Notes: generated by a model from the letters alone, not told the origin. A stretch of DNA of 64,000 bases from Octopus vulgaris (GCA_951406725.2 OX597816.1:166904001-166968000); one strand, 5' to 3'. Counted from the first letter of the stretch, positions 10,710 to 27,660 are shown. A program made the numbers and translations.

Positions 10710-11982
10710 CAGGGGTTAAACAAAATAATGGAAACACCTTAAAATTTCAAAGAAATTTATTTTAATATGGGAAAGGGTCGCCTTTGGCAGTAATTACAGC
10801 TTGAATCCTACGAGGTAGAAGTTTGAATGGTTTCCGAAAAATTTTTGTCCATTCTTCAGCTAAAACAGTCTCCAATTCTTGTAGTGATGATGATGGAGGA
10901 AATCGACTCCTTATTTCTTTTCCAAAAATGTACCATAAGTGTTCACTAATATTGAGATCTGGGGACTGAGGTGACCAGATAAGATGTTCAACTTCACTAG
11001 AATGTTCCTCGTGCCATTCAGTAACAACTTTAGCTGTGTGAATTGGTGCATTATCATCCCGAAAGGTTGTGTTTCCCTCCGGAAACAGTTCTGCAACCAT
11101 AGGATGAATTTAATCAGATAAAATGCTTAAATAGTCTTAACTATTAATTCTGCCATAAAGAGAAACCATTGGGCCGGCGGATTTCCAAGATATAGACCCC
11201 CCCACTCCCAGATCATCACAGATCCTCCTCCGTGTTTAAAAGTTGGAAGAACGCAGTCTGGGTCAAATGCTTCTTTTGGCTGTCTCCACACGTATACTCG
11301 ACCGGTGGTCGGAAATAAGGAAAAGGATGACTCGACCGAGAAAATAACATTCTTCCACTGCTCTGGGGGGCCAATTCTGCAGGTTTTTACTCCACACTAA
11401 GCGCTTTGCAACGCTTGTTTTTGAAAGTAGTGCTTTCTGATTGCAAACCTCCCGTGAAATCTGGCTTTGTGCAACTCTCGGCGAACAGTTTTTTTTTTGT
11501 GGAAACTGGGTTCTTGAGGTGGTCATTAAGCTCTGCAGTAATTTTGGGAGCTGTACTTTTGTGATCCTTTCTAACAATTCGCGTAAGAGTCCGACAGTCC
11601 CCATCTGAAAGTTTTGGTTTTCTTCCGGAGCTTTGTTTCGACAAGGAGGTTTTTCCCTCTTTCTCAAAGACTGTCAATACTTTCGAGACAGTATCTCTTG
11701 ATACACCAAACATTTCAGCTGCTTTCGTTACGATAGCGCCTGCCATATGAGCACCAACAATTTGATCTCTTTGAAAGTCCGATAGACCTGTCATTTTAGT
11801 GAATTTTAATTACCTTTTTCTGATGATATCTGAAAAGAAACAGCAATTTTAGCAAAACATGTTAAGCAAAACTAATAATAAATCAAAAACATAAAAATAA
11901 ACAAGCTTTAGACGGTTTTATAGATATTTCAAAATTATGATGCTATGATGCTAGGTGTTTACATTATTTTGTCCAACTCCTG
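10710..11982 (-). mobile_element. Tc1-like DNA transposon with DD36E spacing (Incomer-like), full length but inactive
   Basis: 29-bp TIRs CAGGGGTTAAACAAAATAATGGAAACACC (10710-10738) and GGTGTTTACATTATTTTGTCCAACTCCTG (11954-11982), 4 mismatches; TA on both sides. Confidence 0.93.
10762..11794 (-). pseudogene. Tc1-family transposase, frameshifted
   Basis: MTGLSDFQRDQIVGA HTH, SGRKPKLS linker, VIFSVESSF (first D mutated to V), FRDDNAPIH, WSPQSPDLNISEHLW; split across frames with stops. Confidence 0.92.
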
Positions 11983-12118
11983 TATATGGATCTGTGCAGA
12001 TGTCTGGCCAAGGAAATTCAGGTGTGTGCTGTTTTCCATAGAAATGTGACACAATCTACATATTTCGGCTGAATCTTGGAGCTCCAATGGCTTTACAGAC
12101 TCTTTTGTTTATTAGGTA

Positions 12119-12514
12119 CTAGTAGTATCGCCCGGCGTTGCTCGGGTTTGTAAGGGAAATAACTATATAAGCATTTTTAGAGAGTTATAGCCAAAAAATA
12201 GCAAAAAAAATGCATTAAAAATGGAAAAAAATTATGGTAAATTTTTTTTTAAATCGTTGACTCATCGTAGACATTTTTAGAGAGTTACTTCCCTTATATA
12301 ATAGCGAAAAAATGCATTAAAATAGGAAAAAATGATGGTAATTTATTTTTTTAATCGTAGACTCATCGTAGACGCGTGCTAATACCCAGAAGGGCTCGAT
12401 ATGAATCACGACTATAAGATACCCGGTTTTGGTTAAACTGCACCGCAAAATGTGGGAGTAGTTAGGAATCTAAATCGTAGGAGACAGATACACAACTTCA
12501 CTTATATATAAAGA
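12119..12514 (-). mobile_element. non-autonomous Helitron
   Basis: Minus strand A|TCTTTATATATAAG...ACCCGAGCAACGCCGGGCGATACTACTAG|T: 5' TC, subterminal GC-rich hairpin, 3' CTAG, AT target without TSD. Confidence 0.82.
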
Positions 12515-12661
12515 TTTCATAGCAATCCCTTTCCTGTTCTTAGATCTCAAATATAACAGTCTTCGGAGTGTGATGTGATGTAAAGGTCAGGAACCCAAGA
12601 ACGGCTGCGCTTCGTGTCGATATTACTGTCAATCTCAAGTCTTCAAGAAAAATACCTATGC

Positions 12662-12826
12662 AAGCGCAGGAGTGGTTGTGCGGGAAGAAGCTTGCTTCCC
12701 AACCACTTGGTTTCGGGTTCAGTCCCACTGCGTGACACCTTGGGCAAATATCTTCTACTATAGCTTCGAGTCGACCAATGCCTTGTGAGTTGCTTTGGTA
12801 GACAGAAACTGAAAGAAGCCTGTCGT

Positions 12827-12862
<36 letters not shown>
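12662..12862 (+). mobile_element. SINE family C, 5' half
   Basis: Head GCGCAGGAGTGG...GGGTTCAGTCCC, CORE-like ACCTTGGGCAA, then (TG)n; many copies in the window. Confidence 0.82.
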
Positions 12863-12869
<7 letters not shown>

Positions 12870-13093
12870 AATTTATAATTATTATTAAAATTATTTTGTC
12901 TTTTTGTCTTCTCTCCTGGTGCTGTATGAACATTTATTGTCGTTTTAGAGTAGGTTTTGGCTGCTATTTCCAGCGTGGCGGTATCTCTTCGATACCCTAC
13001 ATTATAATTTTAATAATAATTATTACCTTTGAAGGTTTTTATTCCCATGCTGGCCACTTGATAAGATCGATATTTAAATTAACGATCTTATCC

Positions 13094-13128
<35 letters not shown>

Positions 13129-13151
13129 AACAAATTTTCAATATAAAGTAG

Positions 13152-13882
<731 letters not shown>

Positions 13883-14140
13883 GCTTGTATTTATATGATC
13901 ATAACCATATCTCTAGCATGTTTGTATATTACTAATGCTCTGGTTTAGTCAAAACACCTCATCATACGTTTGTACCACACTAATAATTACCGTTGTTCGA
14001 CATCTGTTTCACATCTTTTTATAAATGTAAATTACATACCGAAAAAGTATTGAAATGATATTGCTCAACTATGAACATTTCTACAACAATTTTAACTATG
14101 CTGTCATGTTGTCATTGAAAACAGATGTCAGGATATGTGC

Positions 14141-15017
<877 letters not shown>

Positions 15018-15945
15018 GAACGGCATGTGCCACAGAGGAAAAAAACCCAAAATAACTCAAGAGACAGGTACATATCTCGACAACAGGTTATTTACACACA
15101 CATACACATACACACACACACAAACACACACACACAAGCGCGTGTGCATTCACACATTATTCTAATTCAAGACATGAACCAATGTGTTACAAATAAACTC
15201 ACTGACATTAACCTTACATAAACAAAAACTTCTAAAGAACACTGGATGTTGACGCCGCCATACTCTTGCCTGTCATCTCAGAAATCAACTTTCCTTTCAC
15301 TTGAAGACAAAACATTGCCAACGTTTGAAATCTGTTGTCAATTTTAACTTTTCCAGAAAGAATTTTCTTGTATATAACAATATAACAGGCAATCTATTTT
15401 CAATTCATTTCTATTTTCATGTCAAAGCTCAGATTTATTCTCGGAGATCCAAGAATATTTCCATTGTAAACTAAAGTATTGTGAATATATATTTTATCCA
15501 CAACATACCACATTTCAAGGAAGTGGAATAAATTAAAGTATTAGTTTCAGATTTTGATACCATACCAAACAATTTTGGGAGAATATAAATCGATTACGTC
15601 GCCCCCAGTGTTTAACTGGTACTTATTTTATCGACCCCGAAATGGTGAAAGGTAAAGTCGACCTCGGCGGAATTTGAACTCAAAATGTAAATATGGGCGA
15701 AATGCCGCGAAGCATTTTACTCGGTGAGTCAACGATTCTGCCAGCTCGCCACTTTGGAATAAATCAAAATATTATAAAGCAACATTATAAAGCCTCACTG
15801 TAGATAAAATTAAAATGTAAACACATTGTTTCTGAATATGAGACGTTTTGACACAGCCGTTTGGGCGCCGCTTATTTGGCATCACTAATTCAACGCTGAC
15901 TTTTTTGACATCATACGTTTTAATGTTCCTCGTGTTCTCCCTACA

Positions 15946-16026
<81 letters not shown>

Positions 16027-16704
16027 ATTCTTTATTTATATACGTATATTTCAATTTGCGAGTGCATGCGTTCGTGTGCGTGCGTGTGCTTCCAAGAGAA
16101 AGATCATAATTGAGGGCCTGCCACCTACGATGCCATCGGGCATTCACCGCTCTCTCCGATTCGAGCAATGTTTTTGGTAGGAGCCCTTTATTAACGATAT
16201 TTAAAGATCTAGCTGTGGGTAAGAGAAACTGGACGTTCTCAGAGGACAAACTAGTTAGTCTGTTCCGGAGGACTTCCAGATCAAGGACTCCATGGCTAAC
16301 GTCCAGAAATCCCTGGCCTGGCCTGGCAGTGCTACCAAGGATCGCTGCTGGATCGAGTCTTTATAGGTACGGCGGAAGCAACAGCCAATATTTTTCTACT
16401 TCTTCAAGTAGACCCCGCCTCATTCAAGTATTCTCAACTCACTCATCTCTCTTCCTCCGGATTTCTATCACAGTTGTTGAGTCCAACTCCACCGCAATTG
16501 AACTAATCTCTTTTTCCAGTCCTGCTTTCTCAGAATGCCATCCCTCTGGAATTCCTTCTCTGTTCTTATCTTTCCTGCAGATATTGACCAACCAACATTC
16601 AAGAGGAACATTAAAGACATCAATCTCACTGGTCAAGGATGGCCCTCAAGGCCAAGGTCACTGCACTTCTCCTTCCTTCAGAACCAGCAATCAAAAATAA
16701 CTGT

Positions 16705-17125
16705 AATCGTGACTGTGTGGTAAGTTGTTTGTTTACCAACAACATGGTTCCGGTTTCAGTCCCATTGTGCAGCACCTTGGGCAAGTGTCTTCTACTATAG
16801 CCTCGGACCGACCAAAGCCTTGTGAGTGGATTTGGTAGATGGAAACTGAAAGAAGCCACTCGTGTGTGTGTTTGAGAGAGATAAAGAGAGAGAGAGAGAG
16901 AGAGTATGTGTGTCTGCGTCTGTGTTTGTTATCCACCATCGCTTGACAACCGGTGTTGGTATGTTTACATCCCCTGTAATTTAGCGGTTCGACATAAAAT
17001 CATTTGTAGGATAAATATCAGACTTTAAAAAAACAAGAAAAGTCTTGGTTCGTTCGACGAAAATTCTTCAAGACGATGCCCCAGCATGGCCGCAGTCTAA
17101 TGACTGAAACAAGTAAAAGATAAAG
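16705..17125 (+). mobile_element. SINE family C, near full length
   Basis: Head, core, internal microsatellite and tail ...ATGACTGAAACAAGTAAAAGA. Confidence 0.85.
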
Positions 17126-17541
17126 GATATAAATGATTCAACACTCCGTCTATCTTGGACTACACCATTTAACGTATCTTTACAAAATGCATAGCAGCAT
17201 TTCTTCCAATTCTTTACGTTCTGCGTTCAAATTCCACCGAGGTCGACTTTGCCTTTCATCTAATCAGGGGCGAAAAAAATAAGCGCCAGTTGATCATCGA
17301 GGTTAATGTAATCGACTTACCTCTTCCTTTAAAATAGCTCGTCTGAAACTATTATTTAATGTATCTTTTCTTTGAAGCTAACTTAGCTGCTATTTCTAGC
17401 ATAGTGAAGTACCCATCGCTGACATTACTCCCCAAAATCTAGAACGTTGAAATTAAATTGGAATCGAGTGAAAAGAAAACTCAAGCTCTACAAAGTTGTC
17501 TCCCTTTACTCAACTCAATATTCTGCTTTGTATTTTATTGT

Positions 17542-17794
17542 TTGTCCCTTCTCGAGCCATGCCTGGCTCATAAGGGCCGGTTTTCCGTCGCAGGTGAGCT
17601 GCTAGATGCAGGAGGAAAGAGTGAGAGAAAGTTGTGGCGAAAGAGTCAGCAGAAGTTCGCCATTACCTTCTGCCGGAGCCGCGTGGAGCTTAGGTGTTTC
17701 GCTCATAAACACACACATCGCCCGGTCTGAGATTCGAACCCGCGATCCCTCGACCGCGAGTCCGCTGCTCCTAACCACTAGGCCATGTGCCACC
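17542..17794 (-). mobile_element. SINE family A-related variant; related plus-strand copy at ~20574-20816 has a V-domain-like tail
   Basis: Head GGCACATGGCCTAGTGGTTAGG...GGGTTCGAATCTC; the 20574 copy contains GGCGTCCCGTCCAGGTGG...GGAAACCGGG. Confidence 0.78.
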
Positions 17795-18130
17795 ACGTCG
17801 ATAATATAAACTCTCTAATTTTGACACAAGGATTTTGATTTTGAGGGGAGGTGTAAATTGATATCCACGACCCCACTACTTGACTAGTACTTTATTTTAT
17901 CAGCCTCGAACGTCAAAAAGACCACGGCCGGATTTGAACTCAGAACGTAAAAGGGTCGAGAACATGCCGTTAAGTGCTTTGTCCGTCGTACTTGACGATT
18001 CTGCCAAATTTTATGTAATAGTGTTCAGGTGCACCACAACTCGTCGGAAAAGGGTAAAAGAAGGGACAGAAAACAGCACTATGTCGAGCAAAGAGAGACA
18101 GCAATGAAAGTTAGAAGGACATACACAATA

Positions 18131-18716
18131 GGCGCAGGCGTGGCTGTGTGGTAAAGAAGCTTGCTTCCCAACCAAATGTTTTCGGGTTCAGTCCCACTTC
18201 ATGGCACCTTGGGCAAGTGTCTTCTACTATAGCCACGGTCTGACCGAGGCATTGCGAGTGGATTTGGTACATGAAATCTGAAAAAAGCCCGTCGTATGTG
18301 TGTGTGTTTTTATTTTTATGTCCCTGCAACTTGACAATCGGTGATGGTTTGTTTACGTCCCTGCAACTTAACAACTTGGCGAAGGTACCGATAGGAAAAG
18401 TAGCAGACTTTAAAAAGAAACACGTACTAGGATTAATTTGTTTGACTAAAACCCTTCAAGGAGGTGCCCCGGCATGGGCTGCAATCCAATAGCTAAAAGA
18501 AGTAACAAAAAAAGAAAAAGATTAAAAAGGGAACAAAGGCGTAGGAATGGCTTATAGGCGTAAGAGTGGCTGTGTGGTAAGTAGCTTGCTTACCAACCAC
18601 ATGGTTCTGGGTTCAGTCCCACTGCGTGGCACCTTGGCCAACTGTCTTCTACTATAGCCTCGGGCTGACCAAAGCCTTGTGAGTGGATTTGGTAGACGGA
18701 AACTGGAAGAAGCCCG

Positions 18717-18757
<41 letters not shown>

Positions 18758-18953
18758 CCAACATCGCTTGACAACCGATGCTGGTGTGTTTACGTCCCTG
18801 TACATCAGCGGTTCGGCAAAAGAAACACAAAGAATAAGTACTGGGCTTCCAAAGAATAAGTCCTGGGGTCGATTTGCTCGACTAAAGGCGGTGCTCCAGC
18901 ATGGCCACAGTCAAATGACTGAAACAAGTAAAAGAGTAAAGAGTAAGAGTAAA
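18131..18953 (+). mobile_element. two adjacent SINE family C copies (~18131-18520 and ~18557-18953)
   Basis: Both show head, core and tail; the second ends in (AAAGAGT)n. Confidence 0.87.
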
Positions 18954-19459
18954 GAAGTTGAGTAAATAGATTTTGACATTTAGTTCCCTCCTTTCAATGT
19001 TCACAGATCAAATCAAGCAAGAGTTAACTTTATCTTTCTTAATTCCTTGGCCGGCTCAATGAATATCTGTAATATACTAAAGACGGTATAATCGTTACTT
19101 CAAGGCGGCGAGCTGGCAGATTTTTTACTGCACTGGGTGAAATGCTTAGCGGCATTTCGTCTGCGTTACGTTCTCAGTTCAAATTCTGCCGAGGTCGACT
19201 GTGACTTTTATCATTTCAGGATATCGATAACTTAAGTACCGGCTGCGTACTGGTGTCAACCCCAGTGCTCTTTTTTTTTTTTTTGTAAAACTTGGCACTT
19301 ATTCTATCGGTCTCTTTTGCCCAATTGCTAAGTCACGGGTACGTAAACACGCCTACACCGATTGTCAAACGGTAGGGGAGGGACAAACACAGACACAAAG
19401 ACACACACATGTATTTACGAGGGGCTTCTTTCAATTTCCATCTGTCAAATTCACTAACG

Positions 19460-19522
<63 letters not shown>

Positions 19523-19650
19523 AGAACTTGCAAGCATAAAGTGGATTCGATCCACCATAGCCAAATTTAAATTCAACAAATTTTTATCGTTACAACTGCT
19601 AACTCCGATATTTCACAATATTGTTTACTAATCAATCTTTCCCGTTACAT

Positions 19651-19685
<35 letters not shown>

Positions 19686-20924
19686 CATATAACAAGTTGC
19701 CATATTTTCCTGTACTTTGTTGTTGATTTTCGTTTTTGGATTTGGTTTGCAAGATTTTTTATGTAAGTTCATGAGTTGAAGCATATTCTGTTGTGCCTGG
19801 GGAGAGTCATTTTCTTTTTGTGCCTTATAATGTAACACACTCACCGGTAAAAATTTCCACTTATTTCTTATTTTTATTTTCCTAAAATTTTCGTTGAATT
19901 TTGCAACCTTTTCAATAGTCTTGACTCTTGTTGTGATGTGACCGAGAGTTATCTCCCATGGACTGATTATCATTAACGAGAGAAAAGGCGGGCTTTGAGC
20001 CTTTTACAAGAATGATTATAAATTCATCTTTTAGCTACAGTTCAATGTTTTTCCTGAATCAAACTGTAATTATAAAACACAAATACATGAGTTCATAAAT
20101 TCTTGAAACACTTTCTATAGAATCAGCTTGCATATTGTCATTTAACCCAAGTCCTGATCGAACAGACAAACGGTCAAAGATTTTCTAGCTGTGAACATTG
20201 CATCTGGTTTTTTGTATTATCTCTCAGTTTTTCTCTTTTGTATTGTTTTATTTTTAGTGTACAATATAATAATGATGATGCAATTATTGTGTATAGTGCT
20301 CAGGTGTACAACAACTCATCCAAGGTACATGTGTTACATGCAGTTACCTTCGTTGGGTATAAAGGATATAGTCAAGAATAAAGATGTGGGGATTCACGGC
20401 AGATGTACACCACTGCTTTCCTTGGATTTTCAACTAGAACGTTCCCTTCAAGGGAGTAAACCTGAACAATGTTTGTATAAAGCAGTGGTTCTCAAGCGAG
20501 GTCCATATAACGTTTAGAGACCCATATAATATTTAGTTGTTAAAAATTATGTCCAATAAATCGGTTATGGAGGCACTCGCGGGTTCGAATCTCAGACCGG
20601 GCGATGTGTGTGTTTATGAGTGAAACACTTAAGCTCTACGCGGCTCCGGCAGAAGGTAATGGCGAACTTCTGCTGACTCTTTCGCCACAACTTTCTCTCA
20701 CTCTTTCCTCCTGCATCTTGCAGCTCACCGGCGTCCCGTCCAGGTGGTGAACCTATACACCAAGGAAACCGGGGAAACCAGCCCTTATGAGCCAGGCGTG
20801 GATCGAGAAGGAACAAAAAATAATAATAAATTGGTTATACTCATCATCATCCTCGTCGTCGTCGTCATCGTTTAACGTTCGCCTTCCATGCTAGCATTCT
20901 TAATAATCACCATCATCATCATCA

Positions 20925-21097
20925 TCGTTTAGCGTCCGCTTTCCATGCTAGCATGGGTTGGACGGTGCAACTGGGGTCTGGGAAGCCAGAAGGCTGCACC
21001 AGGCCCAGTCTGATCTGGCAATGTTTCTATGGCTGGATGCCCTTCCTAACACCAACCACTCCATGAGTGTAGTGGATGCTTTTTACGTGCCACCAGC
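20925..21097 (-). mobile_element. RTE-type LINE 3' UTR fragment with (GAT)n tail
   Basis: GTGGTTGGTGTTAGGAAGGGCATCCAGC...AACCCATGCTAGCATGGAAAGCGGACG; the same tail follows RTE coding remnants at 22715 and 47300. Confidence 0.75.
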
Positions 21098-21617
21098 ACG
21101 TAATAATATATAATTATAAAGATAAAAGATTTTTTAAAACATCGAATGGATATGGGGAATATGTTTGAGAGAAACATCGAATGGATATGGGGAATCCGTT
21201 TGAGAGAATTGAAATCAAAGGAGTCCATTAGGGGGAAAAAAATGGTTGAGACAAATATCACAAAGTCTTTTGTTTTTGAGATGAGGGGAATGACGTGAGC
21301 TTAATAGGCTCTGAGAAGCAAAGGCCATTATAGTAGTAGGGTAAAAATGTAGAGATGAGGCAACACACTTGTGGACGAGAGGCTGGAGGGTATCTATGAA
21401 TGATTTTTCATCTCCATCTTATAAACTCCTATAATAAAATTAAAAAGTATAATTTATAAAAAAAAAATTCTTTGATTTCAAAACAATAATTCTTTCTCTG
21501 TTTTGTCATTACCACTTCATTATAAGAAAATTTTAAAGAAATTTCATGGAAATAATTAACAAAATTGGCAAAGAACAATAAAAATTCAGTGCTGTTATAG
21601 TGATGTATCTTTCTATT

Positions 21618-21809
21618 TTTTTACTTGTTTCAGTCATTAGATTATGGCCATGCTGTAGCACTGCTTTGAAGAATTTTAGCTAAACAAATCAACCCCAGGA
21701 CATATTACTTTTTAAGCTGGGTACTTATTCTGTCAGTCTCTTTTGATGAATTGCTAAGTTATGGGGACATAAACACACCAACACCAATTATCAAGCCATG
21801 AGGGACAAA

Positions 21810-21856
<47 letters not shown>

Positions 21857-22032
21857 ACTCACACTCACACACACATACATATGACAAGATTTCTTTCAGT
21901 TTCCATCTACCAAATCCCTCACAAGGCTTCAGTCGACATGAGGCTATTGTAGAAGACACTCGCCCAAAAATGCCATGCAGTGGGACTGAACCTGGGACAT
22001 TGTAGTTGGGGGAAAACTTCTTACCACAGCCA
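21618..22032 (-). mobile_element. SINE family C
   Basis: Reverse complement of 18557-18953. Confidence 0.82.
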
Positions 22033-22714
22033 CAACAACGAAATATATGTCTGATGAATACAAGTTAATATTGCATCAACATTTGGCTGTAAATTAGTGA
22101 GTTTTAGCCTTAAATTACCCAGACCCTTCTAGGTCTGGTTTGCTAATAATTCATGACCCTTATGCCCAAAAATTGTTTCAGTTATTTATCAATCCCTTGC
22201 ATAGCTACAAAGGACTCCCAACCAGGGGGTCAATATTGATTATTTTAACAAACCCTGATTTAAATAACAAGTGACTACATAGAACTATGTTGCCCAATGT
22301 GTCCTTTCTTAAATATATGTTGCGATTTGAGAGAGATTAAGGGTGCTATTTCTAGCAGACTAAATGACCATATCGAGGCTCTGAATAGTTTGTTCCAGGT
22401 GAGGAAACCAGAGAAAGACAAGACAAAAGTGTTTCAGATTAAAATGTGCCAAATCATTAAAACTCGTAGAAATTACAAGTATTTCTTTGTATATAATGTT
22501 ACATTCATTCAAGTTTCATACTGAATTTTTGTTGTTGGGGGGTGGGAGTGATGGTGGTCGTGTTGGCAGCAGTGGTATTTCTGCAATGTCATTCATTCAA
22601 CTGAGGTAATGATACCATGACTTTATGAATGACATCACTTGTAGTAGAAGTCATCGTCGTCCTCATTTTCAGTATCATCATTATGCGTTTTGAGCATTGG
22701 GTCTCAGGGAGGTG

Positions 22715-23046
22715 AAGCGGCTGGGTTCCTTTTGAGTGTTGGGCCTGACAGAGGCAATGACTGAGACCTTTGGCATTATGTCATGCTTGAGTAGATGACC
22801 CAAAACCAAGCTGAGCAAAATTACAGTCGTGGCAGATACCAGTGTCACCCAAATTGGCACCCATGCTGCCAGTGGCATGTAAAAGCACCTGTTACACTCT
22901 TGGACTGGTTGGCGTTAGGAAAGGTATCCAGCCGTAGATAACTATGCCAAATCAGACTGGAGACTGGTGCAGCCTTCCAGCTTGCCAGCCCTGGTCAAAC
23001 CATCCAACCCTTGCCAGCATGGATAACAGACATTAAATGATGATGA
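22715..23046 (+). mobile_element. RTE-type LINE 3' end
   Basis: TTGGGCCTGACAGAGGCAATGAC (LGLTEAMT, as in the ORF at 35401) followed by the shared 3' UTR and (GAT)n. Confidence 0.75.
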
Positions 23047-24061
23047 TCATCATCATCATTTAATATCCATCCTTCATGTTGGCATGGTCCATCCATTGAA
23101 AGACTCCATCCTATTCCAATGTCTCAGTGTTGGAATGGTTATTATGCCAAACACTTTACGGAGGTTACAGAGTGTCTTTTTTTCTCATGGCACCAACGCT
23201 AGAGGGGTTGCCATGAACCTCATAAGAATAAGTGGCAAAAGTGACCCCCATAACCAAAGCCAAATACAAAGGAGAGGGTAAGAGGGTTCTGAGAGGGTGT
23301 TAAAAGAGGGTTGGTAAGCTGAGAGGAAGAGATTTAGAATTGTGAAAATGTGAGAGGGAACAGTGTAACATCATCATCATCATAAACATCATCATCATTA
23401 CCATCACCATCATTATCGTCATTATCATCACCACCACCACATTTGTTTTCACTGTCCTGATTTTGTTACTAATTTTGACCCTCTCCAAAATCCCAAATTA
23501 TATTTAATTTGCTTTGCAGGAGCAACTGTGTTATCAAAGATGTATCTTGTCATGAATTGCTCGAAATACAAATTAGAAAAACAGCCGACAAATGATGAAG
23601 AGTCGTTGTTTATATTGCTTGCCTTGTTTTCCATTTGCTTCTTTCATTGGTTGCAAAAAATGTTCATATTTCATGTATTCATATTTCGTATTTCATGTTT
23701 TTGCATTTTATGTTGTTTACATTCTGTGACATCCTGTACCCACATATGCATATGTATATACATATATATGTAAGTATGTACATATATGTATATATGCATG
23801 TATATATATTATTTATATTTTATATATATATATTCTGAGGAGAGTCAGAATGTGCAAGATAATATATTTCAATAAATGTAGCTCGGAGATTCTTGAGACT
23901 AATTATAAAGCATTTCCCTAGAATACATAAGTATTGTAAACTCTTCAACACTCACAATGTCAGTTACTCCAGACAACATCACTTCAAATGTTGTATACTA
24001 CAAGAGATGCAAACACACACACCTACACAGCCTCCAATCCACACCTCAACCCATAACTGCC

Positions 24062-25116
24062 AAATTACATACTTCCTAATCCAAGGCAACAAAATTTCTA
24101 AGATTTTGAGATAATTTGCTGTGTTGATTTTAAGAACTGCTTCAATGAAATGAGGAGGCATCAATTTCCCATCACCTGTGACAGCTCCAAAGACCATAAT
24201 GGAAGCCAGACTCTTGCTATGCAGAGCTGAAAGAAATGGGAAGGGTTGTACATTATCACTTGTGAGTTTTGATGGTTTGCAATTTCGTCTACCATGCACT
24301 TCTTTTCATCCATGAAGATGCAGACATCTCCACAATGATGTTTCAGATGACTAAGAAGTTTGAAACTTCTTTCAGCTTGAATGGCTTTGGATTGGGTAGT
24401 TAGGATATTATGGTGTCTCCTCCAATACAATTTCATATGGAGTCTTGACTCACAGCCCTAAAAACAGTTATTTTACTGATTCCTCAATCTTGAGCCAACT
24501 TTGCTATCAATTTTGATGGGTCTGACTCAACTGATCTTGAGCCAACTTTGCTATCAATTTTGATGGGTCTGACTCAACTGATCTTGAGCCAACTTTGCTA
24601 TCAATTTTGATGGGTCTGACTCAACTGATCTTGAGCCAACTTTGCTATCAATTTTGATGGGTCTGACTCAACTGATCTTGAGCCAACTTTGCTATCAATT
24701 TTGATGGGTCTGACTCAACTGATCTTGAGCCAACTTTGCTATCAATTTTGATGGGTCTGACTCAACTGATCTAAGAAGCGAGATGTGTGTTTTCAGTCAC
24801 GACGAGGACAGTGAGGCTTTCTTTGAACATCCTTACTTTTCTTCAAATTGGCTACAACTCTCTACGAACAGTAGATTTGGCACACTTTATGGCTCTAACA
24901 ATCTCCCCCAGCACTTTAGCTGGCCCGGAATAATTTGGCAATTACACATCTATGGTTTAATTCTTTATTAACGTTCATAGTTTCTTCATTCTGAAATGCT
25001 AAATCATACAAGTGAATATTCAAGCTAACAATATTTAACATTTAGACTGCAACAAAATCTATACAATTAGAAATACATTCATTCGAAATTTATACCAGTT
25101 TACCTGTTACACCCTA
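24062..25116 (-). mobile_element. decayed, 3'-truncated Tc1/mariner-superfamily transposon (maT/DD37D-like)
   Basis: ATG at 24978 (MNVNKELNHRCVIAKLF...STVRR, HTH); FMDEK; ASIMVFGAVTGDGKLMPPHFIEAVLKINTANYLKILEILLPWIRK; candidate TIR TAGGGTGTAACAGGTAAACTG at the right end. The second and third catalytic residues are absent, so the subfamily is inferred. Confidence 0.8.
24488..24769. repeat. six identical tandem 47-bp units
   Basis: TCTTGAGCCAACTTTGCTATCAATTTTGATGGGTCTGACTCAACTGA at 24488, 24535, 24582, 24629, 24676 and 24723; no spacers. Confidence 0.97.
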
Positions 25117-25149
25117 TATATAAACATGCATGCACACACACAGACACAC

Positions 25150-27058
<1,909 letters not shown>

Positions 27059-27310
27059 GGATACAAAATTAGACGCTTTTAATATAATTTTTCTTTTGTG
27101 TGAGAGACAGAGGTATGTGTCTCCATATATGTCTTTCGTACCCCATTTCAATTGGTGTATGATTTTCAGCTTTAAAATTATTTGCAATGCTTATTACTAA
27201 AACTTCTAATACTAACTCTTATTATTATACCAATTGCTAGCCATTATAACCACCAATATTGCTACAATGAACCAATGAGAAAAGGTATTATATATGTATG
27301 CATGTCTATA

Positions 27311-27660
27311 TCTCTCTATATAAACGGCAGTTTGTCTGTCAGGTTGTACCCTCACCCTGACCACGGCTTTCAACCGATTCTGATGAAACTTGACACACAC
27401 ATAGCCCAATATCATAATTCAAAACTAACGCAGCGAAAATTTTGAAAAGTTCCCCCAGTTCTGAAAAAAATCGATAAATTCGACATGGGGTCGAGAATCA
27501 GAAACACAAACCACAGACTGTCTAGGGGACGCAACTCAACCTTTTTAACTAAAAAAAATTTACCATCATTTTTTTTTTCCATTTTTTGGCTATAACTCTC
27601 TAAAAATGCTTTATAGTTATTTCCCTTACAAACCCGAGCAACGCCGGGCGATACTGCTAG
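27311..27660 (+). mobile_element. non-autonomous Helitron
   Basis: A|TCTCTCTATATAAA...ACCCGAGCAACGCCGGGCGATACTGCTAG|T; the 3' ~100 bp is shared with 12119-12514. Confidence 0.85.

Noticed and set aside
17386-17400. GCTAGAAATAGC (minus strand), identical to part of the Cas9 sgRNA scaffold
   Set aside because: Only a 12-nt match; variants recur across the window (~1359, ~5682, ~22345, ~38475) as part of an old host repeat.
23836-23905. CTGAGGA followed by a long stem, possible hammerhead
   Set aside because: No GAAA or stem III/UH in the required position.
24488-24769. CRISPR-like regular repeat
   Set aside because: Units are contiguous with no spacers, derive from transposase sequence, and there are no cas genes; the context is eukaryotic.
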